Under the pieces are notes generated by a model. It worked only from the letters and a program-made list of their open reading frames with translations, made no database searches and was not told the origin of the DNA. From Candidatus Levyibacteriota bacterium (lineage in GTDB: Bacteria; Patescibacteriota; Microgenomatia; Levybacterales; UBA12049), in contig JBBSGK010000001.1 of the NCBI GenBank assembly GCA_038254115.1, positions 2,713-66,712 on the forward strand: 64,000 nucleotides of DNA, read 5' to 3'. Positions 1 to 8,839 of the stretch are shown here, in pieces. A program made the position numbers and the translations under genes. Each line of letters starts with the position of its first letter. Position 1 is the first letter of the stretch.

Positions 1-118
1 TTTAGCGCACCGCAGTAGATCCATAGTATATGTTTTTACTTATGTTTTTAATTCTCTCCTTTTCTTAGCCTTTATAAGAGGAGTATTTTCAAAAAATAGT
101 TCGCTTGGCGGTTGGACA

Positions 119-754
119 TTGTCAACGGTTACGAGTTATTATTTTTTACTAATTCTTGCTCCGGCTTTATTAATGACTCATCCTGAGATGCCAGTTCTTA
201 GGGATGATATTGAAAAAGGCGAGCTTGCCGGGCGCCTTCTAAAACCCTTCTCATATTACTGGCAAAGATTTTATCACGAAATTCCTTACCGTATTTTTCA
301 AGGATTATTAGCAGTAGTAATTTATTTCAGTTTGTCAGCGATATTTGGAAACTTTTTAAGATTAAACTTGTCATTGATGCAAGTAGCTTTAATTATAATA
401 ATCTTTGTCCTTGCATATATGATTTCGTTTACCTTCAAAATGATCATTGCTATTGTAGCCTTTTGGACCACAGATACCCGAGGTCTACATGAATTGACTG
501 ATGTAATAATATTAATTTTTGCAGGTTTTATTGTGCCGGTAAATTTATTACCCGGTATTCTTGAAAAAGCAGCTTATTTATTACCATTCTCGTATATTAT
601 TTATTTTCCGGTAATTGCTATTCAGGGCAAGCTATCAGTACTGTCAATGCTCTCCGTCATTTCATCTCAGATAATTTGGCTCTGCATGTTGGTAATTTTT
701 TTTAGATTTCAGTGGAAAAAAGCATTAATACGATTTACGGATTTGGGACACTAA
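119..754 (+). CDS. ABC-2 family transporter permease-like polytopic membrane protein (paralog 1 of 4); the ORF track begins at TTG, so the true start is uncertain
   Basis: It is hydrophobic with about 6 predicted TM segments. It shares the G-[DE]-[LF]-x3-L-[LI]-[KR]-P-[LF] motif (GELAGRLLKPFS) and a C-terminal LIRFTDLGH-like tail with the three following ORFs. The family assignment is from memory of PF06182-like permeases. Confidence 0.5.
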   Translation: MSTVTSYYFLLILAPALLMTHPEMPVLRDDIEKGELAGRLLKPFSYYWQRFYHEIPYRIFQGLLAVVIYFSLSAIFGNFLRLNLSLMQVALIIIIFVLAYMISFTFKMIIAIVAFWTTDTRGLHELTDVIILIFAGFIVPVNLLPGILEKAAYLLPFSYIIYFPVIAIQGKLSVLSMLSVISSQIIWLCMLVIFFRFQWKKALIRFTDLGH

Positions 755-756
755 AT

Positions 757-1548
757 ATGAAACATTACTTTCAAATTTACCTATTACTTATCAAGCTTAA
801 TTACAGGCGCAGTATTGCAAATAGAGCAGACTTATTTACCGGTCTTTTCGGGAGTCTTTCCTGGGGAGTTTTTTCTATCGTATCAATTTATATCTTGAGC
901 GCCAGGAGTTCTTCGGTATTCGGTTGGAGCCGCGCAGAATTATTTATTCTAATCGGAGTTTTTAATATTATGGTCGGAAGTACATTCCGAATGTTGTTTT
1001 CCCGTAATTTTGAAAACTTTTCAAAATTGATGAGGTATGGAGAATTGGATGGTGTTCTTCTAAAACCGCTTGATACGCAGTTCGCTGTCAGTACGCAGCA
1101 TATAAGCCTCTATGTAATTATCCGCGCTGTTATTGCGTGCATTTACACTTATATCGTAATTGTCCAATCAAATGCAGTAGTTAGTTTTTTGAGTTTTTTG
1201 AGTTTTTTCATACTTGCAATCATTGGACTAATTCTATTGTATGCTTGTTGGTTCTTGGTAATGACATTAACGGTTTGGCTTCCGGATATCTACAATCTTG
1301 ATGAGATTCTATATTCAACAGATGCACTTACGCGCTATCCTCCCCAAATTTTAAACGCTATGAAGATACTTGTCTTTTATTTATTTTTCCCGTTCACACT
1401 TGTTGTGAGCACCCCTACTAAGGCCCTGCTCCATAAATTATCTGTACTCGATGTTGTTATCCTAGTGGGTTTTGCTTGCGGGTTATTATTTATATCCAGG
1501 AAATTTTGGAAATTTGCGCTTCGTTATTACACAAGCGCGAGCGGATAA
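757..1548 (+). CDS. ABC-2 family permease-like membrane protein (paralog 2 of 4)
   Basis: The ATG at 757 lies 2 nt after the stop of paralog 1, in the same frame as track ORF 712..1548. It carries the GELDGVLLKPLD motif and the C-terminal ...LRYYTSASG tail. Confidence 0.55.
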   Translation: MKHYFQIYLLLIKLNYRRSIANRADLFTGLFGSLSWGVFSIVSIYILSARSSSVFGWSRAELFILIGVFNIMVGSTFRMLFSRNFENFSKLMRYGELDGVLLKPLDTQFAVSTQHISLYVIIRAVIACIYTYIVIVQSNAVVSFLSFLSFFILAIIGLILLYACWFLVMTLTVWLPDIYNLDEILYSTDALTRYPPQILNAMKILVFYLFFPFTLVVSTPTKALLHKLSVLDVVILVGFACGLLFISRKFWKFALRYYTSASG

Positions 1549-1550
1549 AT

Positions 1551-2345
1551 ATGAAAAAATATATTTTGGTTGCAAGAAATATGACAATTGAGATATTTAC
1601 ATACCGTCTCAATTTTGCGATGTGGCGGGCCCGCGTAGTACTAAATCTATTGACTACATATTTTCTTTGGTCCTCGCTCATTCCATCTGGGAGACAATTT
1701 TTTGGCTATTCATCATCTATGATGCTTACATATATTTTGGGTTCATATTTTGTAAGCTCATTTGTTCTGTCCACCAGAAGTTTTGGTATGGGGCAAGATA
1801 TTATTCAAGGCGATCTTTCAAACTTTTTAATAAGACCATTAAATTATTTCGGTTACTGGTTCGCAAAAGATATAGGAGACAAGCTGATGAATATCATTTT
1901 TACAATTTGTGAATTTACTATAATAGTACTAATACTAAAACCTCCTTTTTTTCTGCAGCAAGATCCTAGCTTAATATTTTTTAGTATTACAGCAATTTTT
2001 TTTGGTATATTAATTTACTTTTTATTTAATATACTTCTTGCCAGCATTGGCTTTTGGAGCCAAGAGGTCTGGGCGCCACGTTTCATTTTTGCGGTTTTAA
2101 TTAATTTTTTAGCCGGGAATTTATTTCCATTGGATATTCTCCCCAAACCGATATTTGTCGTTTTTCAGGCTCTTCCATTTTCCTATCTTATATATTTTCC
2201 TGTAAAAGTGTATCTTGGAAAATTGGGTCAACAATCAATTTTGTTGGGCTTATCAATTTCAATCACATGGATTTTTATATTGTTATTTTTGGTAAATTTT
2301 GTTTGGAGAAAAGGACTAAGAGATTACGCAGCTTATGGCAAATAA
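1551..2345 (+). CDS. ABC-2 family permease-like membrane protein (paralog 3 of 4)
   Basis: The ATG at 1551 (MKKYILVARNMT) lies 2 nt after the paralog 2 stop. It carries the GDLSNFLIRPLN motif and the C-terminal LRDYAAYGK tail. Confidence 0.55.
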   Translation: MKKYILVARNMTIEIFTYRLNFAMWRARVVLNLLTTYFLWSSLIPSGRQFFGYSSSMMLTYILGSYFVSSFVLSTRSFGMGQDIIQGDLSNFLIRPLNYFGYWFAKDIGDKLMNIIFTICEFTIIVLILKPPFFLQQDPSLIFFSITAIFFGILIYFLFNILLASIGFWSQEVWAPRFIFAVLINFLAGNLFPLDILPKPIFVVFQALPFSYLIYFPVKVYLGKLGQQSILLGLSISITWIFILLFLVNFVWRKGLRDYAAYGK

Positions 2346-3120
2346 ATATTTTAAAGTTTGGTGGTTACTTACAATCAAATCAGCGCAAACTGCATTTGAA
2401 TCTCGTTTTGGATCTATTATATTTTTCTTGGGAAAAATAATCCGGATTGTTTTGATGCTAGTTTTTATTATTGTTGTTGTATCTAAAACTAAGCAAATTG
2501 CAGGGTATAATATCTGGCAGGTCATATTTTTCTATGCAACTTTCAATTTAATAGATACGATTCCACAATTATTGATGAGGGAAGTGTACCGTTTCCGATC
2601 ATACGTAATAACAGGGGATTTTGATTATTTTTTGATTAAGCCTTTGTCTCCGTTGTTCCGCGTAATGTTTGGAGGAGCTGACGTTCTTGACAGTTTTGTT
2701 ATTCTCATTGCGATTGGATTATTAATTTTTTCTTCATCTAATATTCCAGGGATTACGGCAACCGGAGTATTATTATATATCCTGCTCATCCTAAACACTA
2801 TGCTTATTGCCGGAGCTATTCATATAGCCATTTCCGCCCTTGGAATAATAACTACAGAAGTGGATAGTGCGCTATGGATTTATAGGGATCTAACAAGTAT
2901 GGGTAGATTCCCTGTCGAAATTTATAGAGATCCTGTATCATTTTTTATCACATATGTTGTCCCGGTCGGAATTATGATTTCATTTCCCGCCAAGGCAATT
3001 CTCGGAATTCTTTCTACAACAAGTTTTATAGCGGCCTTTTTAGTAGGGGGAGTATTATTGGTGTTAAGTTTGTATTTTTGGAGATATGCGCTTTCGCAAT
3101 ATTCAAGCGCGAGTAGTTAA
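2335..3120 (+). CDS. ABC-2 family permease-like membrane protein (paralog 4 of 4)
   Basis: It overlaps paralog 3 by 11 nt. It carries the GDFDYFLIKPLS motif and the C-terminal LSQYSSASS tail. Confidence 0.55.
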   Translation: MANKYFKVWWLLTIKSAQTAFESRFGSIIFFLGKIIRIVLMLVFIIVVVSKTKQIAGYNIWQVIFFYATFNLIDTIPQLLMREVYRFRSYVITGDFDYFLIKPLSPLFRVMFGGADVLDSFVILIAIGLLIFSSSNIPGITATGVLLYILLILNTMLIAGAIHIAISALGIITTEVDSALWIYRDLTSMGRFPVEIYRDPVSFFITYVVPVGIMISFPAKAILGILSTTSFIAAFLVGGVLLVLSLYFWRYALSQYSSASS

Positions 3121-3159
3121 GATTGTTTTTAATACTATTTTGGGGTAAAATATGACCGA

Positions 3160-3520
3160 TCCCAGGAAGAAGGATCGCTATACTGCATCAAGAGATGTAG
3201 TAAGGAAAGTCCAGACAGGTGTAAGGTCGGGGATGGAGTTTACGCTCCGATTAGTGATAACTAGTGTTCAAGCTTTTATTCCACTAAACGAAGCTTGAAA
3301 CAGATCTTGAATTGACAAGATTTGAGAGCAACAGAGACGAGTGGATATGAAACGGGCAATCCCACCTGCTGCAACCTCCGAATTGGTACGTTTGAGGCGC
3401 TTTACCCGAGTACCTAAAGCTTGAGGGCACCTCGCCGAATAGGCGGGCAAGATGAGTTATATCATCATTGAGATAAATTGCGATTGAGAAACAGAATCTG
3501 GCTTACTCTCTTCCTGGGGT
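3160..3520 (+). ncRNA. rnpB: RNase P RNA (bacterial type)
   Basis: The P4 halves AGGAAAGTCCAGAC (about 3203-3216) and ACAGAATCTGGCTTA (3491-3505) covary, CAG with CTG, relative to the E. coli GGAAAGUCCGGGC / ACAGAACCCGGCUUA. The P1 helix pairs CCAGGAAGA (3162-3170) with TCTTCCTGG (3509-3517). The track ORF 3268..3450(-) lies inside this RNA and is therefore spurious. Confidence 0.8.
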
Positions 3521-3641
3521 TATTTTTAAAGTCTAAGATCCTATAGTTTGATTATTCAATAACAGTATGTTATACTATTGACATATGCCTACTTCAGCAG
3601 AAGTACAATCAGGGCGAGATTTAGAAGGTAAAGAGGCACCG

Positions 3642-4919
3642 ATGCAAAAACTTTCTATAAAAGGTCATTTGCTTCCCGGTGCAGATATTAGCGCAACCCA
3701 TGTTAATAAATTTTTAGTCGGACTCGGACCTGTCTGCGGAATGAATATATTTAATGGTCCTCATGTAAAAACTCCTGATTCCTACGATTCGGAAACTTTC
3801 AAGCGGCTTGGCAATAGACCGCCGGAAGATGTAAACGGGGCTGTAATGTGGGATGATTCTGGCGCGCAGATGTATGTTTTTCCTGATAGAAATAATTGGT
3901 TTACTCTTGATATCTATACATGTAAAAAATTTGATCCTGCTAAGGCTTTGGGATATGTGTATCAAGAATTAGATCCCAAAGCTGACATGGATTTTGCAGA
4001 GCAAGATCACAAAGTTAACACTCCTTGGCAGAGGTTTACACAACCAGAAGGAAGAGTATTGGATCCAGAGAATAAATTTACCCCAGAGATGGATGAATTA
4101 TTTGATACTGATCTTACTAACGTAAATGAAGTTATTGCAGCTGGGAAACGGTTAGAAGGTATTGTGGGTCGAGCTGTTACAGAAGGGTCTGGTAAACGGT
4201 TAGCAGCGACCTATACAAGAGGGCAGAGGGAGCAGCTAAGAGCTCTGCACAGTGATTTTGAAATAGCGGTAGATGACCGGATGATGGATGATGTTCTTTC
4301 AGGAGTAGCAACAAGCCCTGACGATTATCCATTCCAGCCAACGTATGACAGATTATCCTTGATGGAAGGACAAGCTGTAGGTGCAGACAATAAAAAACCG
4401 ATTATGCATATTGGTACCGGATGGCCGGGCACAGCGATTGGATTGTATCGCCAATTTGGAACTCCGGTGAAGTGTATTGAAATTGTTCCGGTTGTTGCGG
4501 AAAAATCCAGAAAAGCTTTGGATAAGTTGGGTTTACTCGGAGAAGACAAATTGCAAGTAATCACTGCTGATGGGAGCATGGTTAACCCTGAAGATCATAA
4601 AGCAGTTATCATTTCTGCAATGGTCCCAAATGAATATAAGAAGCAGGTAATATACAACATGAGACATTTTGCAGTAGGAAATTCGGAAGATCCATTATTG
4701 GTCTTAAGAAAGCCGCAAGATTCTGCGAGAGCGTTTTTCTATCAAGATTTTGGTGATGAAGTAATAGGTGGGGATGCTTTAGTAGATGATACTGGTAAAT
4801 TATTAAAACCTGAAGATCCGCTCCGGTCTTTAGTATATAAGGTTAGAGGTTTTGCCTCTGTGCGAGAAGGACATGATTATAAGTCAGTTTCAGCACGCGC
4901 AAGGTTGCAAAAAGTATAA
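3642..4919 (+). CDS. Fusion protein with an N-terminal S-adenosylmethionine decarboxylase (AdoMetDC/SpeD-fold)-like domain and a C-terminal Rossmann-like GxGxxG domain, possibly aminopropyltransferase- or nicotianamine-synthase-like
   Basis: DDSGAQMYVFPDRNNWFTLDIYTCKKFDP matches the class 1 AdoMetDC core pattern SxSHxxxHTWPE...DxFTCGxxDP. The C-terminal half contains IGTGWPGTAIGL. A Shine-Dalgarno sequence AAGAGG sits before the ATG at 3642, while the track ORF starts at 3585. Confidence 0.5.
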   Translation: MQKLSIKGHLLPGADISATHVNKFLVGLGPVCGMNIFNGPHVKTPDSYDSETFKRLGNRPPEDVNGAVMWDDSGAQMYVFPDRNNWFTLDIYTCKKFDPAKALGYVYQELDPKADMDFAEQDHKVNTPWQRFTQPEGRVLDPENKFTPEMDELFDTDLTNVNEVIAAGKRLEGIVGRAVTEGSGKRLAATYTRGQREQLRALHSDFEIAVDDRMMDDVLSGVATSPDDYPFQPTYDRLSLMEGQAVGADNKKPIMHIGTGWPGTAIGLYRQFGTPVKCIEIVPVVAEKSRKALDKLGLLGEDKLQVITADGSMVNPEDHKAVIISAMVPNEYKKQVIYNMRHFAVGNSEDPLLVLRKPQDSARAFFYQDFGDEVIGGDALVDDTGKLLKPEDPLRSLVYKVRGFASVREGHDYKSVSARARLQKV

Positions 4920-4964
4920 TTCTTGTATTTCTATTCTTAAATTCTCAAGAAAGTGAGAATAGAT

Positions 4965-5195
4965 TTAAGAGATGCGCTTAAAGAGATTGATCAACATTAT
5001 TAATAGAATAACTCCGCCGAGGAGTTTGCGGAGCCAGTTTATTCCGCTAGTCATTTCCTGATAAGACCAGATGATGAGTGTTGCAGTAAATAGGGTAATT
5101 CCAATTTTGTGAAGGGTTCCAGCGGTAAATCTGCCAATAAGAAATCCAACTCCGGCAGCAATTAACGGGGGATTTGGTTTTTGAATAATTGTCAT
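4965..5195 (-). CDS. small hydrophobic membrane protein
   Basis: It is a 76-aa protein with two TM-like segments. Its start overlaps the rmuC stop by 4 nt (ATGA coupling). Confidence 0.4.
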   Translation of the reverse strand: MTIIQKPNPPLIAAGVGFLIGRFTAGTLHKIGITLFTATLIIWSYQEMTSGINWLRKLLGGVILLIMLINLFKRIS

Positions 5196-6196
5196 ATTTC
5201 TTCTACCGATTCCTCAATTTCTTTTTTAATCTCACTACTCAATTGTTTTGCTGATGTGAGTTTTTGGCCCATGCCGGTAAAGCCCTTATTAACATTCATA
5301 TATTGATTGGATGCATTGCCTATGTGTTTTCCCAGAGTATCGAGTGATTCATTAACTTTTTCATAATCAATTTGGAGGGCTCTTAGTAATTGAAAGACCT
5401 GGCGGGATTCAGACTCAATCTTTTTGCCTTCAAAAGAGAGAAGAATTGTCTGAAGATGAGCATAAAGTGTGCTTGGTGAGACAATATATATTCTTCTGTT
5501 TTTTGCGTACTCCAGTAGCGATTCCATATTGACCAACTCATAAAACACTGACTCCGATGGAACATACATAAGGGCAAAATCCATAGTGCCCTCATCTGGC
5601 AAGATATATTTTCTGGCAATTGAGTCAATGTGTTTTTTTATATCCCGCTCAAATTCTTTTCTATATAGCTTGGTATCTTCTTCTGTTTTTGATTTGGAAA
5701 GTTTTTGAAAATTTTCCATGGGGAACTTGGCATCGATTGGCAAAATCCCTGCATCTGTTTTGATGGCAGCATCAACTTTCTCCCCGGATTTAAATGTATA
5801 TTGCAAGTTAAAGCTGTTTTTTGGAAAAATTTGAGTAATCAAATCTTTAAGGACTTGCTCTCCGATATTGCCGCGGAGCTTTGGGCTTTTAAGAAAATCC
5901 TGAAGCTCCTTCATAGACCTGCCTATCTCACTCATCTGCCCGACTTCATGTCCGACGTCACGTATTACAGCTGCCGCTTTATCCAGCCTGTCATTTAATT
6001 GTTTGGAATTTTCCTGAAGCGTCCGGACTGTACTAACTGAGCTGGAATCAATCGATGCCTGCATTGATTTAAGCCATTCAAGTAGAGCAGTATCAGGTTT
6101 GTCACTTTTTATATCAGATAACTTTTTGTTGAGGAAATATATTATTGCAAAAAAACCAAGAATGATAACGGTTAAAATAGGCAGTAGATTATTCAT
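5192..6196 (-). CDS. rmuC: DNA recombination protein RmuC
   Basis: It has an N-terminal TM anchor, a coiled-coil region, then the conserved RmuC core (…LRGNIGEQVLKDLI…DAAI…PIDAKFP…). Confidence 0.75.
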   Translation of the reverse strand: MNNLLPILTVIILGFFAIIYFLNKKLSDIKSDKPDTALLEWLKSMQASIDSSSVSTVRTLQENSKQLNDRLDKAAAVIRDVGHEVGQMSEIGRSMKELQDFLKSPKLRGNIGEQVLKDLITQIFPKNSFNLQYTFKSGEKVDAAIKTDAGILPIDAKFPMENFQKLSKSKTEEDTKLYRKEFERDIKKHIDSIARKYILPDEGTMDFALMYVPSESVFYELVNMESLLEYAKNRRIYIVSPSTLYAHLQTILLSFEGKKIESESRQVFQLLRALQIDYEKVNESLDTLGKHIGNASNQYMNVNKGFTGMGQKLTSAKQLSSEIKKEIEESVEEI

Positions 6197-6267
6197 ATAT
6201 GTATTTTAGCATGAAATTGCAAATTGTACTCCTTGAAAAAATTCTTCCAGATAGCTAGTATATAGAG

Positions 6268-6663
6268 ATGGATAAACAAAAAATATTGTTGATTGAGGAC
6301 GACAGGTTCATACGGGAAATTTATACATTTACCTTGCAAAAGGCAAATTACAAGGTGCTTACGGCAGTAGATGGGCAGGAGGGAGTTGCGCTTGCAAAAA
6401 ATAATCCTGATGCGAACTTGATACTTCTTGATGTCATAATGCCCAATATGAATGGGGTTGAGGTATTGCAGCTGCTAAAGGCAGGTGCCGCAACACAAAA
6501 CATACCGGTGATTCTTCTTTCAAATCTTACTGATGAGAAATTAATAGATGAAGCTATGAAGCATGGCGCTTATGGATACCTGGTTAAAGCGCAGATTGTC
6601 CCAACTCAACTTGTCGAGAAGGTAAAAGAGATGATCAAGTTTCATGGAAAAAATAAATCCTAG
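6268..6663 (+). CDS. stand-alone response-regulator receiver domain protein (CheY-like)
   Basis: Motifs include LLIEDD, the D in LILLDVIMP and a conserved T/K position. It has no output domain and no adjacent kinase. Confidence 0.8.
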   Translation: MDKQKILLIEDDRFIREIYTFTLQKANYKVLTAVDGQEGVALAKNNPDANLILLDVIMPNMNGVEVLQLLKAGAATQNIPVILLSNLTDEKLIDEAMKHGAYGYLVKAQIVPTQLVEKVKEMIKFHGKNKS

Positions 6664-6678
6664 AAAAGTATAGATGAC

Positions 6679-7773
6679 CTATTGACTGAAATATAATTCG
6701 GGATCCGCACTTATCTCTCTCCAGGATACAGGGTGATAGTTATAAAACCCGCAGGCAGCAATCATCGCTGCATTGTCAGTACAGAGAGATTTTTGAGGTG
6801 CAAAAATCTTAACTTTTAACTTTTCACTTTTAACTTTCAACTCGTTTCGGAGTGACTGATTGGCTGCCACACCACCCGAAATTAGAATTGATCTTACATT
6901 ATATTTTACTGCTGCTTTTAAAGTTTTTTTAATTAAAACATCAACTATTGCATCCTGGGTTGCAAATGCCAGATCTCTTACTGTTTGCGGATCAGGCTTA
7001 ATATTCTTTAAGCTTTGAGAACGGTTTAATTCCTGAACTTTCCGAAGGACTGCAGTTTTTAATCCGCTAAAACTAAAATCCAGATCAGTCGAGCCGACAA
7101 GCGGACGGGGGAACCGGAAACGTTTGGGATTACCTTTTTTGGCTTTTTTCTCAATTGCCGGTCCGCCAGGATAGGGAAGACCAATAAGTCTTGCAATTTT
7201 ATCAAATGCTTCCCCGGCCGCGTCATCCCGTGTGCCGCCGAGGAGTGTAAATATTCCATGTCCTGTCATAAGAAGTAAATCCGTATGACCTCCTGATACA
7301 ACTAAAGCAATTGCCGGAAATTCAATTTTAGCGTCTAGCATATAGCGTCTAGCGTTTAGTTTTGAGTTTGCACTAATAAAATTAGCGTAGATGTGACCCA
7401 CCATATGGTTAACTGGAATGATAGGCTTATTCAATACATATCCGATTGTTTTGGCTGTTTCAACCCCAACAAGAAGTGAACCAATCAGACCTGGTCCGTA
7501 AGTCAGCGCAATTGCATCAATTTTGTTTAAAGTAGCAAAAGTATCAAAGGTATCAGAAGTATCAAAAGCTTTTTTTAGAGCATCTTCAATAACCGGAAGG
7601 ATAAATTTTATTTGTTCCCGCGCTGCGTTTTCAGGGATAATTCCGCCTGTTTTAGTGTGAAGTGCAAAAGATGAAGCGATGACACTTGATTTAAGTATCA
7701 CATTGCTTCCTTGTCCTTCTATGATTGCAGCTGAAGTTTCGTCACAGCTTGTTTCTATTCCGAGGATTATCAT
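6679..7773 (-). CDS. tsaD: tRNA N6-adenosine threonylcarbamoyltransferase TsaD (Kae1/Gcp family)
   Basis: It starts MIILGIETSCDETSAAI and has the HMVGHIYA and VSGG signatures. Confidence 0.9.
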   Translation of the reverse strand: MIILGIETSCDETSAAIIEGQGSNVILKSSVIASSFALHTKTGGIIPENAAREQIKFILPVIEDALKKAFDTSDTFDTFATLNKIDAIALTYGPGLIGSLLVGVETAKTIGYVLNKPIIPVNHMVGHIYANFISANSKLNARRYMLDAKIEFPAIALVVSGGHTDLLLMTGHGIFTLLGGTRDDAAGEAFDKIARLIGLPYPGGPAIEKKAKKGNPKRFRFPRPLVGSTDLDFSFSGLKTAVLRKVQELNRSQSLKNIKPDPQTVRDLAFATQDAIVDVLIKKTLKAAVKYNVRSILISGGVAANQSLRNELKVKSEKLKVKIFAPQKSLCTDNAAMIAACGFYNYHPVSWREISADPELYFSQ

Positions 7774-7810
7774 GAGGTCAATTATAGCCGATTGGTGAGG
7801 CTTATCAAAA

Positions 7811-8314
7811 TTATAGATTTATTTCCAAGTTATCGCCTTTTTTGATATTGTATTTGTCTGAGAGTCCTGCGTTAATTTCAAGAACCTTATTTACATCTCC
7901 TCCTGATTTTATAATGGGAGGGTTGGATTCTCCAGATGGAGGAGTGGCATTTTTCTCAATTGATATGATTTTATCATCTTTGATAAAAATAATATCAAGC
8001 GGAAATTTCATGTTTTTCATCCAGAAATTATAATAGTCAGTTTTATCAAATACAAAGAGCATTCCGTGATCAGCAGGCAGTGAGTTTCTTCCGGACAGAC
8101 CTGCTTGCTGTTCTTTTGAAGATTTAGCCGTTTCAATTTTAAAAGTATGGTTATTTATGGTTACTGTATTCGCCGCATTTGTCGTAGTAGTGGAAGTTGT
8201 GACATGCTTGGCCGGCGTTTTTTTGGTAGTTTTGGAACTGAATTGGAAAAATACAACTCCCGCAAAAATAACCAGGATAATTCCAAAAATTATGATAAGT
8301 TTATTAATACTCAT
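7811..8314 (-). CDS. DUF192 (COG1430) family protein, membrane anchored
   Basis: It has an N-terminal TM segment and the DUF192-like core …HGMLFVF…FWMKNMKFPLDIIF…. Confidence 0.6.
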   Translation of the reverse strand: MSINKLIIIFGIILVIFAGVVFFQFSSKTTKKTPAKHVTTSTTTTNAANTVTINNHTFKIETAKSSKEQQAGLSGRNSLPADHGMLFVFDKTDYYNFWMKNMKFPLDIIFIKDDKIISIEKNATPPSGESNPPIIKSGGDVNKVLEINAGLSDKYNIKKGDNLEINL

Positions 8315-8351
8315 TGTGATAAGTTAAAATTTCAAAATGCAAAGTGCAAAA

Positions 8352-8834
8352 TTATAATTCATTTAATATGTTTACTAATCTTGTCGTCGAACTATTGCTG
8401 ACTGTTTCAACAACTTCAACAACTCTTGCTCCGATTAGCCTAGATTGGCGTTCTTTATGCGTTTTACTAGAATCTCCTTTTGTAGTAGCGATTATAGCAG
8501 GTTTTAGGGAAATTACCAGTCCGTCGTAGTCTTTGTCTTTTTTAAAGACCGGCAATGGAATAATGTAATCTACCATTTGGAGATTAGACAAAATCAGTGC
8601 GCGGTCCTTTTGAGCATTTATCGGGCGGTTCGGGCCTTTAATTTTTTTGATATTTTCATCTGATTCCAAAAACACAAAAAGGACATCTCCCTCTTTTTTT
8701 GCATTTGTGAGATATGCGATGTGTCCGGCATGGAGAATATCAAAACACCCCCCGGCAAGGACTATCTTTTTCCCTCCGGATTTTAGTTTGTTGCTAATTT
8801 GAGTTGCTTGAGGTGGATTAATAATCTTTCCCAT
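8352..8834 (-). CDS. cytidylyltransferase-like nucleotidyltransferase (HldE domain II / RfaE / TagD-like)
   Basis: It carries the (H/T)xGH nucleotidyltransferase signature GGCFDILHAGH. Confidence 0.65.
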   Translation of the reverse strand: MGKIINPPQATQISNKLKSGGKKIVLAGGCFDILHAGHIAYLTNAKKEGDVLFVFLESDENIKKIKGPNRPINAQKDRALILSNLQMVDYIIPLPVFKKDKDYDGLVISLKPAIIATTKGDSSKTHKERQSRLIGARVVEVVETVSNSSTTRLVNILNEL

Positions 8835-8839
8835 AAATT

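Noticed and set aside
3268-3450. 60-aa minus-strand ORF from the track
   Set aside because: It lies entirely inside the RNase P RNA and has no coding features.
7325-7390. Short imperfect tandem duplication (AGCGTCTAGCGTTTAG-like) and an AACTTTT-rich stretch (6805-6850) inside tsaD
   Set aside because: They are in-frame low-complexity coding sequence within a conserved gene. No evidence of mobile or regulatory function.
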